From the NCBI GenBank assembly GCA_964016885.1, contig OZ024742.1, positions 192,386,001 through 192,450,000 of the forward strand: DNA of 64,000 nt, written 5' to 3'. Shown here piece after piece: positions 14,214 to 31,838 of this stretch. The notes under the pieces are model-generated. The model searched no databases. It saw nothing but the letters and a program-made list of their open reading frames with translations, and was not told where the DNA came from. The stretch is from Eledone cirrhosa (taxonomy: Eukaryota). A program made the position numbers and the translations under genes. Numbering within the stretch: position 1 is the first letter of the stretch; each line of letters begins with the position of its first letter.

Positions 14214-14908
14214 ACAAGGGCTGATAACCCCCCCCCCCCCATCCCCACACACACACACACACCAACATGCCGAATAAGTTAGGGGAAACCCCAGCTTACA
14301 TAGGTAGTGTATCTCTTTTCTTTTCTTTTCCTCTTTGTCTTCTTCCCCCTATCTCATCCTATCACTTCCTTCCACCCCCTATTTTCTTCCTCGTCTGCTT
14401 TTCGCCTTTCGCCTACCCCGATGCAGCCCATCGGGCCTCTATAGCATCAGTTCCCCCACCCCTGTAATTTTAAGATAGAATTGGCCGAATACGTTTTACT
14501 AACTACTTATAGCAGACGTTTTAAACCCCTTTAATTTTGTATCAGTTTTGGTACTACTCAATTTCTACAAGGTTTTTCTATTCTCAACTTAACCTGTAAT
14601 TGTAAGATAGCATTGTGATTTTTTTTATTCATTTCTCACTATCTAATTTTATATATTTTTTTATTTATTTCTATTATCTTTTATTGTCTCCTACTCTCAT
14701 TCGATTTACTTATTCTATAACCTCCCTCTTCCATTCACTTGTATACATATCACTTTCAACGCTTGACCGCTCCACTCACTCCCCTATTGTTCTACAGGCA
14801 AATTCAGCCACCCCTACCTTCCACCAAATGCCATGATAGACTTATTTGTGTTTACAACAAATTTTAACCAATCCTCTTGACAACTACAATCTTCCCATAT
14901 AAGGAAGT

Positions 14909-15006
14909 ACCCCATTGACAAGTACGGCTATTTATTCACCAGGCTAAACATTCTAATCTAGTCCAGAAATAGCCGTCGAAACGGTTTGAGCTCTGCCGTC
15001 GGGGGT
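14909..15006 (+). ncRNA. hammerhead-like fold with U3-A8 core (family A pLTR)
   Basis: acccca-TTGACAA-long stem II (acggctattt/aaatagccgt)-GAAA-cggt..gcc-GTC^gggggt. The inverted copy at ~12909-13008 reads accccc-TTGACAA. Confidence 0.65.
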
Positions 15007-15706
15007 CATACTTTTTCCTATTTCCCACTCTACTACCCTAAGTATTGAGTACTCTGGTGCGTTATGGTCCATCTGGTTCCTTACCACAATTCATTTGTTA
15101 CATATATATATATACGAGATTTGTGTGTGCGTGCGTGTGCAAACGCGTGTATCAACGTGTTTGTTCGGATGGATTTAATTCTATATGAGAGAACCTGAGA
15201 ACATGTTGAATGCTAATGTAGCCACTACTATGTGGAAAATGTACGCAGATGCCAAAATAGTAAAATAAAATAATAAAAAAAATTAAACAAGATAACATAA
15301 GAACATGAACGACTGCAACATAAACCAATGCTAAGAAATATCATAGAATATGAATGTCGGTCGGAGAAGATGGTACAGTATTTTGTTATCGTCAAAGAGT
15401 TACTATTTTAAGATTGTACATATGCCAATTTTGAACTGGTAGACCTGCCAAATATATGTATATATCGTGTGTATGAATGTTTCTCTCTCTCTCTCTCTCT
15501 CTCGCCCCCCCCCCCCATCTCTCTCTCTCTAGCGAAGCTTAACAACAAAAAGAAAGAGGGCACTATATACAAACAGGGGTAATATTTATTTATTTTGACT
15601 CGTCCACATGATATTCCATTTACAACGAAAGAAATCATGAAATAATAAAGACTACATAAGAGGAAGCTCCGGTTGATAGTAATATAGGATTTGCATATGC
15701 ATACGA

Positions 15707-17745
<2,039 letters not shown>

Positions 17746-17841
17746 CGCTCACACACGTAATGAATATTCAATTGGAATTCATATATATACATACACACTC
17801 ACAATCGCATGGAATATTCAATTCGAATACATATAATATAT

Positions 17842-17876
<35 letters not shown>

Positions 17877-17904
17877 CAGCTCATACCTTATGTTCAGTCT
17901 GATA

Positions 17905-17972
<68 letters not shown>

Positions 17973-18315
17973 TCAGACTGAATATAAGGTATGAGCTGAT
18001 CATAGCTAATAAATATATATTCTTACAGTTAGAAAGAAATAGGAAATAAGCCGCGTTGTGTTTGGAAGAAATTCGCAATGCGGGAAAATTGCCAAAGATA
18101 TGAAAATCTTTTCTACTGCGTTCTTGTCACTGCAACAGGATATGTTGCCAATAACTTCGTATATATGTAAGCACATACTATGAAAACAGGACACGAAATT
18201 CAATTGAAAATTACTTTTTAATTCAAAATTAGATGGATATCATATGAATGAATAAAATTTACATAATCACTTACTTCTATATGTCTATTTTATCGAAAAT
18301 AGAAAACTCACCACA

Positions 18316-18404
<89 letters not shown>

Positions 18405-18414
18405 AGATTTTATA

Positions 18415-19434
18415 TGTGGCCGGTGCTCTGGTGCAATAAGTAGCAGCAAGTGCCCACAGAATACTAGCTCATTCCATTGCACAGATGGTTCTATAGAAAT
18501 AGTGGACACCTTCCGTTACCTGGGTGACAAAATCAGCAGTGGTGAAGGGTGCTTTGAAAGTACAGTAGCTAGAGTCAGAACGGGATGGAAAAAGTTCAGA
18601 GAGCTTATACCACTATTGGCCGCTCTCAAAATGAAAGCAGGCTGTATGATGCCTGCATACGAACAGCAATGTTACTTGGCAGTGAGACCTGGGCATTGTG
18701 TGCAGAGGATATACGCAAATTGGAGAGGAACGAAGCTTGCATGCTTCGCTGGATGTGTAATAGTAATATATGTGAACGGCAAAGCATAAACGAACTAAGG
18801 GAGAAATTAGGAATTAGAGGGATCAGATGCTGTTTACTCGAGAGAAGACTACGTTGGTATGGCCACGTGATGCACATGAAAGACGACAGCTGTATAAAAA
18901 AAAGTGCAGGGCGATAAAAATAGACGTAGCCACGGAGTAGGCAGACCCAGAAAAATCTGGGACGACTTGATAAATTCAGACCTCACACACTTACACCTCT
19001 CCAAGACAATGTCACTGGACCGAGATCTTTGCGCTACACAGTAATACAGAAGACCTGCCTTGCCTAAGTACAAAGCGAAACCTCCAGTCAGTAGGCACCT
19101 CTAACAAAAATACACCCCGGCCCCACTACCCCCACCCATACACACCACCCCTTCCAATGTAAAGTTATGTTGGTACCACAACATCCCGTCCGAAACAAAT
19201 GAGGTCCACAAAAAAACACACAGTCCACGCTGTAATGTGGCCGTGTAGGTAACACGGTAAAAACCTCCCAGTCCACACTGTAAACTTGGTTGGTGTTAGG
19301 AAGGGCATCCAGCCGTAGAAAACCCGCCAGACAGTCCTATACGAGCAAGACAACCAATCTTGCCTCAAGTGGGAAAATTCCCGTCTAAACCCATGCTAGC
19401 GTGGAAGATGGACGTTAAACGATGATGATGATGA
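18415..19434 (+). mobile_element. RTE-clade LINE 3' fragment
   Basis: FRYLGD, RLYDACIRTAMLLGSETW and RRLRWYGHV with frameshifts; 3' UTR ends in (GAT)n. Confidence 0.88.
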
Positions 19435-19607
19435 TATATATATATAAATATATATTGCGATTATACCGTATCTCTATATTTACTCTTCATTTAAACATAT
19501 ATTGAGATCTATCGTAATTTCTGCTCTTTACTCTCTCTGAAATGTGAACTCATCATCATCATCATCATCACACACACGAATATATATGTATATATATGTG
19601 TGTGTGT

Positions 19608-19665
<58 letters not shown>

Positions 19666-19849
19666 CTGAAAGGAAGTCAACTACATGCAAATACTACCAC
19701 AATATTGTCAATCACTTCTGATAGTGTCCCCAGTACACTTGGGGACGGAAAAATTCATTTTTCATAAGGTTTCTTAAGACGGCCGAATGTCCACACACAG
19801 TCACAGACACACACCTGAACACACACGAGCGCGCGCACACACACAGACA

Positions 19850-21443
<1,594 letters not shown>

Positions 21444-21450
<7 letters not shown>

Positions 21451-22052
21451 TGCCAACTCGTTTTCGAGTACGGCCACTACTTTATATCCATGTAGGAGAA
21501 CCCCTACCGATGCGCTAAACAAGTGTGACTTTTTAGTCCAGCCAGCGACTTGAAAACCCTGGTACAAACACTACACTTGTGACAATTACTGACACATAGT
21601 GCTGGGCCCATGGTACCATGTGACGACAAGTGCAGAGAGATCTCCAGATACAAAGCAATGCCTGTGCCGTGAAGCTTTTATAGTGAGCAAAGGCACTGCA
21701 CAAAGCCAGTCCCACTCTCTTAACCAAGATGATATTTACCAAAAAGAAGAACAAGTCAACATCATTGGATACCATCAGGGTTGCAGGTGTTATATCAGAG
21801 TTTTCCTTCTCCTAGAATTCTGCCTTGACAAAGGCTAAGGGGTCATCTCTCCCGGTGATTTTGGATGGCCATTGACTCTTAAGAGCTCCTTTGCCCTTTG
21901 ACAGGTTTTGTTTTTAGTCCTGCAGGATGTCCAAAGTCACCCTCCTCACCAAGAAACCTTGGTGGGGTTGCCAGTTTAGTCGCCAACGACCCGACCATGG
22001 GACAGGTTGTACTGGGATACATGTTACCAGTAGCACCAACTGGTGACCTGAC
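21444..22052 (-). mobile_element. non-autonomous RTE-derived retroelement
   Basis: Minus strand carries ctaggagaaggaaaactctga (RTE 5'-region-like, recalled) and ends gcagccatcat. Duplicated at 23566-24062; diverged copy at 8793-9090. Confidence 0.6.
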
Positions 22053-22137
<85 letters not shown>

Positions 22138-22138
22138 C

Positions 22139-22211
<73 letters not shown>

Positions 22212-22459
22212 TACATGCAATGCAATTAGCTGTCTAAACGGAAAACTCAAGCGTGAGACTCCAACTCTTTCTAGTATAGCCATACTTTACTATCCCAAGT
22301 ATTGAGTTATCTGTTGAATAATGGCCTAACTAGTTTCATACTGGTTTAATATTGATATATATATGTATATATATGGTATATATACATATCTATATATATA
22401 TATATGGTATATATATATCTATACATATATATATGTATATATATGGTATATATATATCT

Positions 22460-22495
<36 letters not shown>

Positions 22496-22523
22496 TATAT
22501 ATATGGTATATATATATCTATAC

Positions 22524-22561
<38 letters not shown>

Positions 22562-22580
22562 GGTATATATATATCTATAC

Positions 22581-22635
<55 letters not shown>

Positions 22636-22670
22636 TTACAGTAATCAAAGTTCAGTTTAAGTCATTTATT

Positions 22671-22717
22671 TGCTTACAATTGTTTCCTCCAAACCGAGGT
22701 TTGGATTCTTCGGAGCA
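22671..22717 (-). ncRNA. hammerhead-like fold with one core deviation (CCGAAGA)
   Basis: tgct-CCGAAGA-a tccaaacc tc ggtttgga g-GAAA-caatt-GTA^agca; palindromic stem III ACAATTGT. Confidence 0.65.
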
Positions 22718-23271
22718 GTTATTTATAACATACTTGACCTCCTTTTCATATATATAAATGAAAAGTATAGAAATTATTGTAGCGAGAAACTAACAGTATT
22801 CCATAACATATATGTGACTATAGCGTCAAAATGGGAAAATAGTTAACATAAGATATGGGAAAAATAATTCAGACTCAATTCAAAAGGAATCAGGATATAG
22901 ATTTATACAACAGAATTTAGAGAAATCCAGGGAAAAAATCAATAGAGCCTTAACTCATGATAAAACAAAGTCTAAAGTACTCAACCTTCAATTTGGGACA
23001 ACTCCATATGCTCTGTATAGTCTTAAAAAGACTATTTCACGAAAACTTTCAGTGGAGATGGTCACGGTTGGACTCCGTTCCTCAGCAGAGCTCAACGTGG
23101 TAACCAAGGTCTCACTGGTAATATGCCAAAAAGGGAATTTAAAAGCAGGCTAGTTTAACATCATGCGTGGTTATTAAAATAAACGCACATGTGGAAAAAC
23201 AGGGCTGGTGACGTCACAATGAGACAAATGTTTGTTTACATGAAACAACAGTCAAAAACATTCCGAAAGAA

Positions 23272-23332
<61 letters not shown>

Positions 23333-23334
<2 letters not shown>

Positions 23335-23510
23335 ACGAAGGAAATGTGGTAAGGAACCAGGTGGACCATAACGCACCAAAGTACTCAATACTTAGGGTAG
23401 TAGAGTGGGCAATAGGAACGAGTAGGACCCCGACGGCTGAGCTCAAGCCGTTTCGACAGATAATTAGCCGTCGAAACGGCTTGAGCTCAGTCGTCGGGGT
23501 CCTACTCGTT

Positions 23511-23514
<4 letters not shown>
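23333..23514 (-). mobile_element. family A fold-back PLE mini-element
   Basis: Same tail and inverted HHR 3' half as 969-1178, opposite orientation, inside (TA)n. Confidence 0.85.
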
Positions 23515-23565
<51 letters not shown>

Positions 23566-23569
<4 letters not shown>

Positions 23570-24062
23570 TGGCTGCCAACTCGTTTTCGAGTACGGCCAC
23601 TACTTTATATCCATATAGGAGAACCCCTACGGATGCGCTGAACGAGTGTGACTTTGCGACTTGAAAACTCTGGTACAAACACTACACTTGTGACAATTAT
23701 TGACACATAGTGCTGGGCCCATGGTACCCTGTGACGACAAGTGCAGAGATCTCCAGATATAAAGCAATGCCTGTGCCGTGAAGCTTTTATAGTGAGCAAA
23801 GGCACTGCACAAAGCCAGTCCCACTCTCTTAACCAAGATGATATTTACCAAAAAGAAGAACAAGTCAACATCATTGGATACCATCAGGGTTGCAGGTGTT
23901 ATATCAGAGTTTTCCTTCTCCTAGAATTCTGCCTTGACAAAGGCTAAGGGGTCATCTCTCCCGATGATTTTGGATGGCCATTGACTCTTAAGAGCTCCTT
24001 TGCCCTTTGACAGGTTTTGTTTTTAGTCCTGCAGGATGTCCAAAGTCACCCTCCTCACCAAG
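23566..24062 (-). mobile_element. second, 5'-truncated copy of the 21444-22052 element
   Basis: Highly similar sequence over ~500 bp. Confidence 0.7.
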
Positions 24063-24300
24063 ATATGCACATACAATACAAAGAGAACAAACCACGTTCT
24101 TAAAGAACAAATCAAGGAGCCAAACAAAAATGCTTTCTTGCACCATTACAATAATTATTTGACTGTTTAGTGTGAAACTAAACAGAGTTGACAGCTGCAC
24201 CGGTCATTACTAATCTGAAATCTATTCACATGACCAGATGGCTACTCCTTCAACTTCTATCGTCTATACAGTGCAATGGATCAGAATGTTTCATGCACAC

Positions 24301-24342
<42 letters not shown>

Positions 24343-24594
24343 ATATATAGTATATATATATATACACGCGCACACACACATATATATATGTAAGTTATAT
24401 ATATATATATATTTATATGTATATATATATATATATTTATATGTATATATATATATATATTTATATGTATATATATATATATTTATATGTATATATATAT
24501 ATATTTATATGTATATATATATATATTTATATATATATATATATTTATATGTATATATATATATATATTTATATGTGTATATATATATATATAT

Positions 24595-24645
<51 letters not shown>

Positions 24646-25189
24646 CAATATTTATGCCTATATCTTTTTACATTTGTATACATATAAACAAAAACAAATA
24701 TAACTAAATATTATTTTTTATATACATATATATGTAAACAAATTTATATATATGTGTGTGTGTATTTGTGTATGTGTGTGTTTTTGTGCATATGCTTGTG
24801 TGTGTGTGCAAATGCATGTGTGTATATGTGTTTTGTACTTACATACATCGTTATTCATACATTAATATTAGAAAAATATGACATTCATCTAAGATGCTAT
24901 CGGTTTTAAAATAAGTGAATTATGGGAACAAAGAACAATCTTCCAAAATATTTGTCACGGTTTACGGACTGAAAACCAAATTAGAAGGGATCTCTTTAGA
25001 AAAACCAACATCCTATAAATTGGGTCATCTTCATCATTAGTTCCTGCATGGAATTTAGATCAGTATTGATGTGACATTTTTTTGAAATAAATCTAATCGA
25101 ATTAGCATTGATAGGAATTATTTTATAAAAAAAAAAAGTCAATGTAATTCATTTACATTTGTTGTTATTAAAAGATATTTTGATAGTTA

Positions 25190-26030
25190 CCTACCCTAAC
25201 CGTTTTTTTTTTCTGTTAAATTAATACTAAATTCTACTAACTTAACATAACCTATTTTCTGACTGATAATGTTTTACATTTTCGTTAACATTTTAAAAAA
25301 TATATTGCTTTAAATTTTCCGATAATTTTAAAAATAATAAAGCATTTGGACTGATTTAGTAATATAACAAACTTTCCTTCTATTAAGATGGCTGTCTTAC
25401 ATTAAATTATGGTGTTTAGATAAATGTAAATATTTTAACCCTACCGTGACCATATTTCTAATATTGCCGACGACAAATTCAGGTAATTTTTGAAATTTTT
25501 GAAAATAATAGATATTTTTTGTAATGTAACTAACTTACTTACTATTAAGCTGGTGTCTGGAGAATGACTAAATGAATGTTTTACATACAATTATGATGGA
25601 AGTTTTCTTTTTCATTTTTTTTGCCATATTTCTAATAAATAGTTACTACCAATGATTTTCAGATAATTTAAAAAATAATAACGAATTTTGAGGATTATAT
25701 TTATAACAAATATCTTCAATATTAAGCTGGTGTTTCGGGAAATTGCTTAACAAACGTTTGCAAATAAAATTATAATGGAAGACCTATAGATAAATATAAA
25801 CACTTTAACATTTTCGTTGACATATTTTTAATGAACATACTGCTATAATATTCAAATAGTATTAAAAATAATAAAATTTTAGAGGGATTTAGTTATACAG
25901 CTAACTTTCACATTATTAAGCATAACATAACAAAAGATAGAATGTTTTTAGATAAATATAAACCCCCAAAGATAGTTTAGGGTCGTGAAACCAAGGGTAG
26001 TTTCATGTGGTTTGGTATCAAACTGGTTAA
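25190..26030. repeat. degenerate ~185 bp tandem repeat
   Basis: aaaataata...attaagctggtgt recurs near 25380, 25545, 25722 and 25916. Confidence 0.6.
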
Positions 26031-27251
26031 AAACATGTTAAAAACCAACAATTTTCCAAATTGTAGTCATCATAGTTTTTCCTTCATTAAAAGAATCTCG
26101 AAAATGGTTAAATACATGTTTGAAATCAACAATTTTCCCAAGACATAATCACCATATTTTTTTTTTTCTCTTCAAAATATGAGTTTCGAAAATTTACTCT
26201 GCTACCTCGAGGACTCGGGCTACATTCTATATTAGCCAATTAGGCGATTACCTATGGAATACAGGCAACAAATTGTGAGAGTTGTTCAGCCTCTATACGC
26301 CTTCACTTCAAATACTACTAAGGCAAATATTGCCTCTCATCCCTTTGAATTCGTTAAATAAAATACTTGTACAGTAGTGGGGTCGGTTCTTCTCTCCCAC
26401 TTTCTTTCTAAATCTCCCCTAGAATTAGGTTATATGTGCACATGGATATGGAATGCTTAGTTAGCTACACATTAATTTCACCAGCATGCTCTTCCGTTTA
26501 TCGAACAACTGGAACATTCTTCTCTGAAATAAACGAAGTTTCATTTCCTTCCATTCTACACCATTACATTGCGTTGTAAATAAGATTCCCTCTTCCCAGA
26601 GACAAAATAAAACAAAGAGCCAATTGAAACAGATTTAGCCAGTTACATCCTTCTTGTAAAATCAATATTGTACATCGCCCCACCGAAATCGATATTTTGA
26701 AATTATGTAAATGAAACGGGGTGGGCGTTAAATTGATATAATCGATAAAGGGTCGATTAAAATTCTTGCAATATGTAATTACGATCTAATACCATATGAG
26801 TTCAAATTCCACCGACGTCAGCATTGCCTTTTATCTTTCTATGGCTGATCAAATAAATTACCAGTCACGTGCTGCTATTGATATCATCGACTTATCCCTC
26901 CTCCCAACCCCAAAAATGTGTGGTCCACTCCCTCTGTTAGAAACTATTTCAAGTATAAATAGGACATTGGAAGAAATACCTTATGCTATTTCTTTCAGTG
27001 TTTTAAGTTCTGAGTTCAAGTCTCACTGCGGTCAAATATCTATCCCCACCCCCGCTCACCAAAGTGTGGATCAAATAACGCCCTAGTCAAGTATAAGAGT
27101 CAATTTAATCGACTAACATTTAAATCCCATTCCAAATATCTAGCCTTGTATCAGTAGCTGTTGTTGTTGTTGTTGTACAATAAAAGGGACGCATGTAAGA
27201 TTATGATGATCGTATAGTGTGTGTGTGTGTGCGTGTGGTGTGTGTGTGTCA

Positions 27252-27470
27252 AGTGCGTGGCTTAGTGGTTAGAGCCTTGAGATTACAATCGCATGGTTGG
27301 GGATTTGAATCCCGGACATGCCATGCTCTATCGGCCATTGCCTTTACATTGGACAACATCGGTGGCATCGAGAGGGGAGACTGTTATGCATGGGCGACTG
27401 CTAGTCTTCCACAAACACTCCTTGCTCAGTCATGAGCCTCGGATGAGTACTTCCTAGGTGCGAAACCATG
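27252..27470 (+). mobile_element. tRNA-derived SINE, another family
   Basis: A-box tggcttagtggttag and degenerate B-box gatttgaatccc. Confidence 0.55.
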
Positions 27471-27818
27471 GAGGCCTACAATTATGCATGTATACTTAAG
27501 TATGTATGTAGCATGGTCGAATAATTAAGTTCGATTCGCAATTATTAGGTTCCGTGCCAGGTATCACTGCGTGGCACCGTAGGCAAGTGTCATTTACCAT
27601 AACCACGGACCAACCCATGATTATGAGTGAGATTGAGTTGGCGAGAACTGTTTGGACGCTTATCATCGAAACTGACAGAGGTCCATTCCTTACTATTCTT
27701 CCCTATACAAAAGTATGTTACATCAGTGCCAGAAGAAAGTTCTGGAAGTGTTCACGTTATACTGGATGTCTATGAATAAGGTGATCACATTGCTGCCACA
27801 CAATTCTCTTAGCATTCC

Positions 27819-27909
27819 CTTCTTCTTCTTCTTCTTCTTCTTCTTCTTCTTCTTCTTCTTCTTCTTCTTCTTCTTCTTCTTCTTCTTCTTCTTCTTCTTC
27901 TTCTTCTTC
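27819..27909. repeat. (TTC)n
   Basis: Seen directly in the sequence. Confidence 0.97.
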
Positions 27910-28293
27910 ATTCCTCCTCCTCAGTGTTATTTTTCCAAATTGTCGATATGCCAAATATACAAACACGCACACATGCAACCCAATACTTACTACACATAAT
28001 ATAAAATGTGTGTTGGGGAGGGAGGGTGAAGTAGAGTAAAGTGTATATTTGTATGTCTGTGTGCGGGAGAGTGTGAGTGTCTTTAGGTATGTGGGTATGT
28101 GTCTGTGTGTGTATGGCATCAAAGAGCAAGTGAAAAATACAGGTGCAGAATAGAAAGCATGTGGGTGAGACAAGTGGGTTTAAAGAAGCTTTGATCCGGA
28201 TACATTAAGACACGCATATGTCTACATCTCCACATAGATATGCCTGCACTCTTATACATACATATTTTTACACTAACAGACACGCACATATCT

Positions 28294-29288
<995 letters not shown>

Positions 29289-29290
<2 letters not shown>

Positions 29291-29603
29291 TAAAGAAAAA
29301 GAGATGAAATCGAAAATGCAACTGAAGTCTTATTTTTTTTTTTAAATATATATATTTATTTGGTTCCTTTACCGGTTTCGCAGTTCTTCTGCTTTTCAAA
29401 AGGTGAGTTGAGATGGAGGGTCTGTGGTTTCTCACCTTTTGAAAAGCAGAAGAACTGCGAAACCGGTAAAGGAACCAAATAAATATATATATTTTTAAAA
29501 AAAATAAGACTTCAGTTGCATTTTCGATTTCATCTCTTTTTCTTTATACTTTCACTCGTGTAGGACACCTCGGTTATTTTTCATTTTGTAAAAAAAACCT
29601 CAC

Positions 29604-29610
<7 letters not shown>
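29289..29610 (+). mobile_element. family D fold-back mini-element with HHR
   Basis: Arms 29289-29407/29431-29548 and tail 29549-29610; TA flanks. Confidence 0.82.
29435..29472 (+). ncRNA. minimal hammerhead ribozyme, U3-A8 core variant
   Basis: cctt-TTGAAAA-gcag aagaa ctgc-GAAA-ccg-GTA^aagg; mirrored on the minus strand in the left arm. Confidence 0.8.
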
Positions 29611-29642
<32 letters not shown>

Positions 29643-29671
29643 CAGACATATATATATATATACATATATAA

Positions 29672-29813
29672 TAGGAAAAAGTATGACCCCGACGGCAGAG
29701 CTCAAGTCATTTCGACGGTCATACTTTTTACTATCATCCACTCTACTACCCTAAGTATTGAGTACTCTGGTGCGTTATGGTCCATCTGGTTCTTTACCAC
29801 AATTCCTTCGTTA
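29672..29813 (+). mobile_element. family A fold-back PLE mini-element (subfamily matching the 12.9-15.1 kb element)
   Basis: Inverted arm aggaaaaagtatgaccccgacggcagagctc followed by the family A tail; TA flanks. Confidence 0.8.
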
Positions 29814-30381
29814 CATATATATAATATATATATACATATACATATACATATATATATATATATATGTGTGTGTGTATATATATATTTATATATATATATA
29901 TCACCACCCCACTCTCAAGAGCGTGAAATTAATAAACATTCGTTGTACTGCCTCTCTGTTTTGTTCCTGTTAAAATTTTCCATTATATATATATATATAC
30001 TACAGACTCACACATAAATATATATACATATATGCGCACTTTCAAGAGGTAATGAATGTAAGTGTTAAACAGATTAAAAACATGGGGGAAATGGAGATAG
30101 AGAATGAGGTACCTGGAACACGTTAAGTAGATAAAGAATAAAACGTTTTAATGAAGACTGACTTAGCAGGTGGTTGATTAGAATTAATTGGTGTATGATT
30201 AATTGACATATGGCTTGTTATGGCATGAGAATATTAGTGCCAATGTAGACGGAAGGAGAAAAATAATGAAAGAAGAGAGAATGGAAGAATAGGAGAATGA
30301 ATGTAATAGATATTTGTGTTCTTAATAACCTATTAGTTATTATTAACTCCTCTCTCAGGCGATATATACAGCATATACACG

Positions 30382-30417
<36 letters not shown>

Positions 30418-30435
30418 CACACATTTATATATATA

Positions 30436-30467
<32 letters not shown>

Positions 30468-30479
30468 GTAATAATAATA

Positions 30480-30694
30480 AATTTGAAGACTAAAATCCAA
30501 AGAGGGCTCGATAAGGATAACTATATATCAAATATATAAGAACCGTAGAGCAAATATTTATTAAAATAACAGATTAAATGTTAAGCAAAGAATCGCTGCT
30601 TTCACCCTTTTACCTTAAACTACTTTCAGAAGATCCCGTTAAGGGTGAAAGCAGCGATTCTTTGCTTAAACTTTAATCTGTTATTTTAATAAAT
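30480..30694. repeat. fold-back element with tail
   Basis: Arms ~30556-30609/30641-30694. Confidence 0.75.
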
Positions 30695-31252
30695 GTATAT
30701 ATATATATATATATATATATAAATATATATATATATATGTATATATATATGTATAGTTATATATGTGTGTATATATATATCTATGTGTATGTGTGGCTGC
30801 GTGTTTGTAGTGTTTGTGTGTGCGTTTCTATATATCCGTGCATCTAGGTGTATGTATATAGAATATGTTGGAAGGGTCAATAGTGCATGGGACATGTGCT
30901 TTACACCCTTTTTTCCCGTCTCTTTACACCCCAAGTTCAAATCCCGTCGATGTCACCGTTAGATTTTATCCTCTCTATGTCGATGATAAAATAAAGTATC
31001 TGTCAAGTACTGGGTTGATATAATCGACTTCTTCCCCCTTCACCCCAAAATTGCTCATCCTGGTCTTGTGCCAAAAGTAGAAACCATTATCTGGTGTATT
31101 TTCCTTTCATCCTCGTCAGTTTTTGTTGGCAAAATAATTATGTGTTGTGGATATAGTAATGGAATGTTCTTTCGACGGTTTCGACGTTGAGTGTTTCAAT
31201 TGTTCCATCAAGGGGACTTTTTGCTCGTGAAATTAACGTGTAAGTGACTGAG

Positions 31253-31386
<134 letters not shown>

Positions 31387-31392
31387 TTTTTT

Positions 31393-31801
31393 AAATAGAG
31401 GTGTGACACACGAGTTGTGATATATTACTAAAAAGTAAAAGAAAATGCTGACAAATTTTTTCCAGTGAAAAATAGTTTAATTAGGAACAAGTATAAATTA
31501 GTAATAAGTATTGGTTAGTATTCAGTTTTAGTTTTAAGTTTTTACCGGTTGCGCATTTGTAATGCTTTTCAAAAATAATTTTGAGATAGAGCGCTTGTGA
31601 TGTTTGCTCTAATCCAGATTAGAGCAAACATCACAAGCGCTCTATCTCAAAATTATTTTTGAAAAGCATTCCAAATGCGCAACCGGTAAAATCTTAAAAC
31701 TAAAACTGAATACTAACCAATACTTATTACTAATTTATACTTGTTCTTAATTAAACTATTTTTCACTGGGAAAAATTGTCAGTATTTTCTTTTCCTTTTT
31801 A

Positions 31802-31803
<2 letters not shown>
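31393..31803 (-). mobile_element. family E fold-back mini-element (related to D)
   Basis: ~185 bp arms centred 31615-31616. The tail shares actcgtgt..cacctc with family D. Confidence 0.8.
31656..31691 (+). ncRNA. hammerhead-like fold, U3-A8 core with GCAA in place of GAAA
   Basis: ttt-TTGAAAA-gcatt cca aatgc-GCAA-ccg-GTA^aaa; both arms carry GCAA. Confidence 0.55.

Positions 31804-31838
<35 letters not shown>

Larger units (their letters stand above)
12897..15100 (+). mobile_element. 5'-truncated Penelope-like element (Naiad-type) with inverted pLTR, family A parent
   Basis: 12897-13267 is the reverse complement of 14669-15020. It has an internal RT-thumb/GIY-YIG ORF, an ~80 nt 3' tail and (TA)n on both sides. 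Confidence 0.9.
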
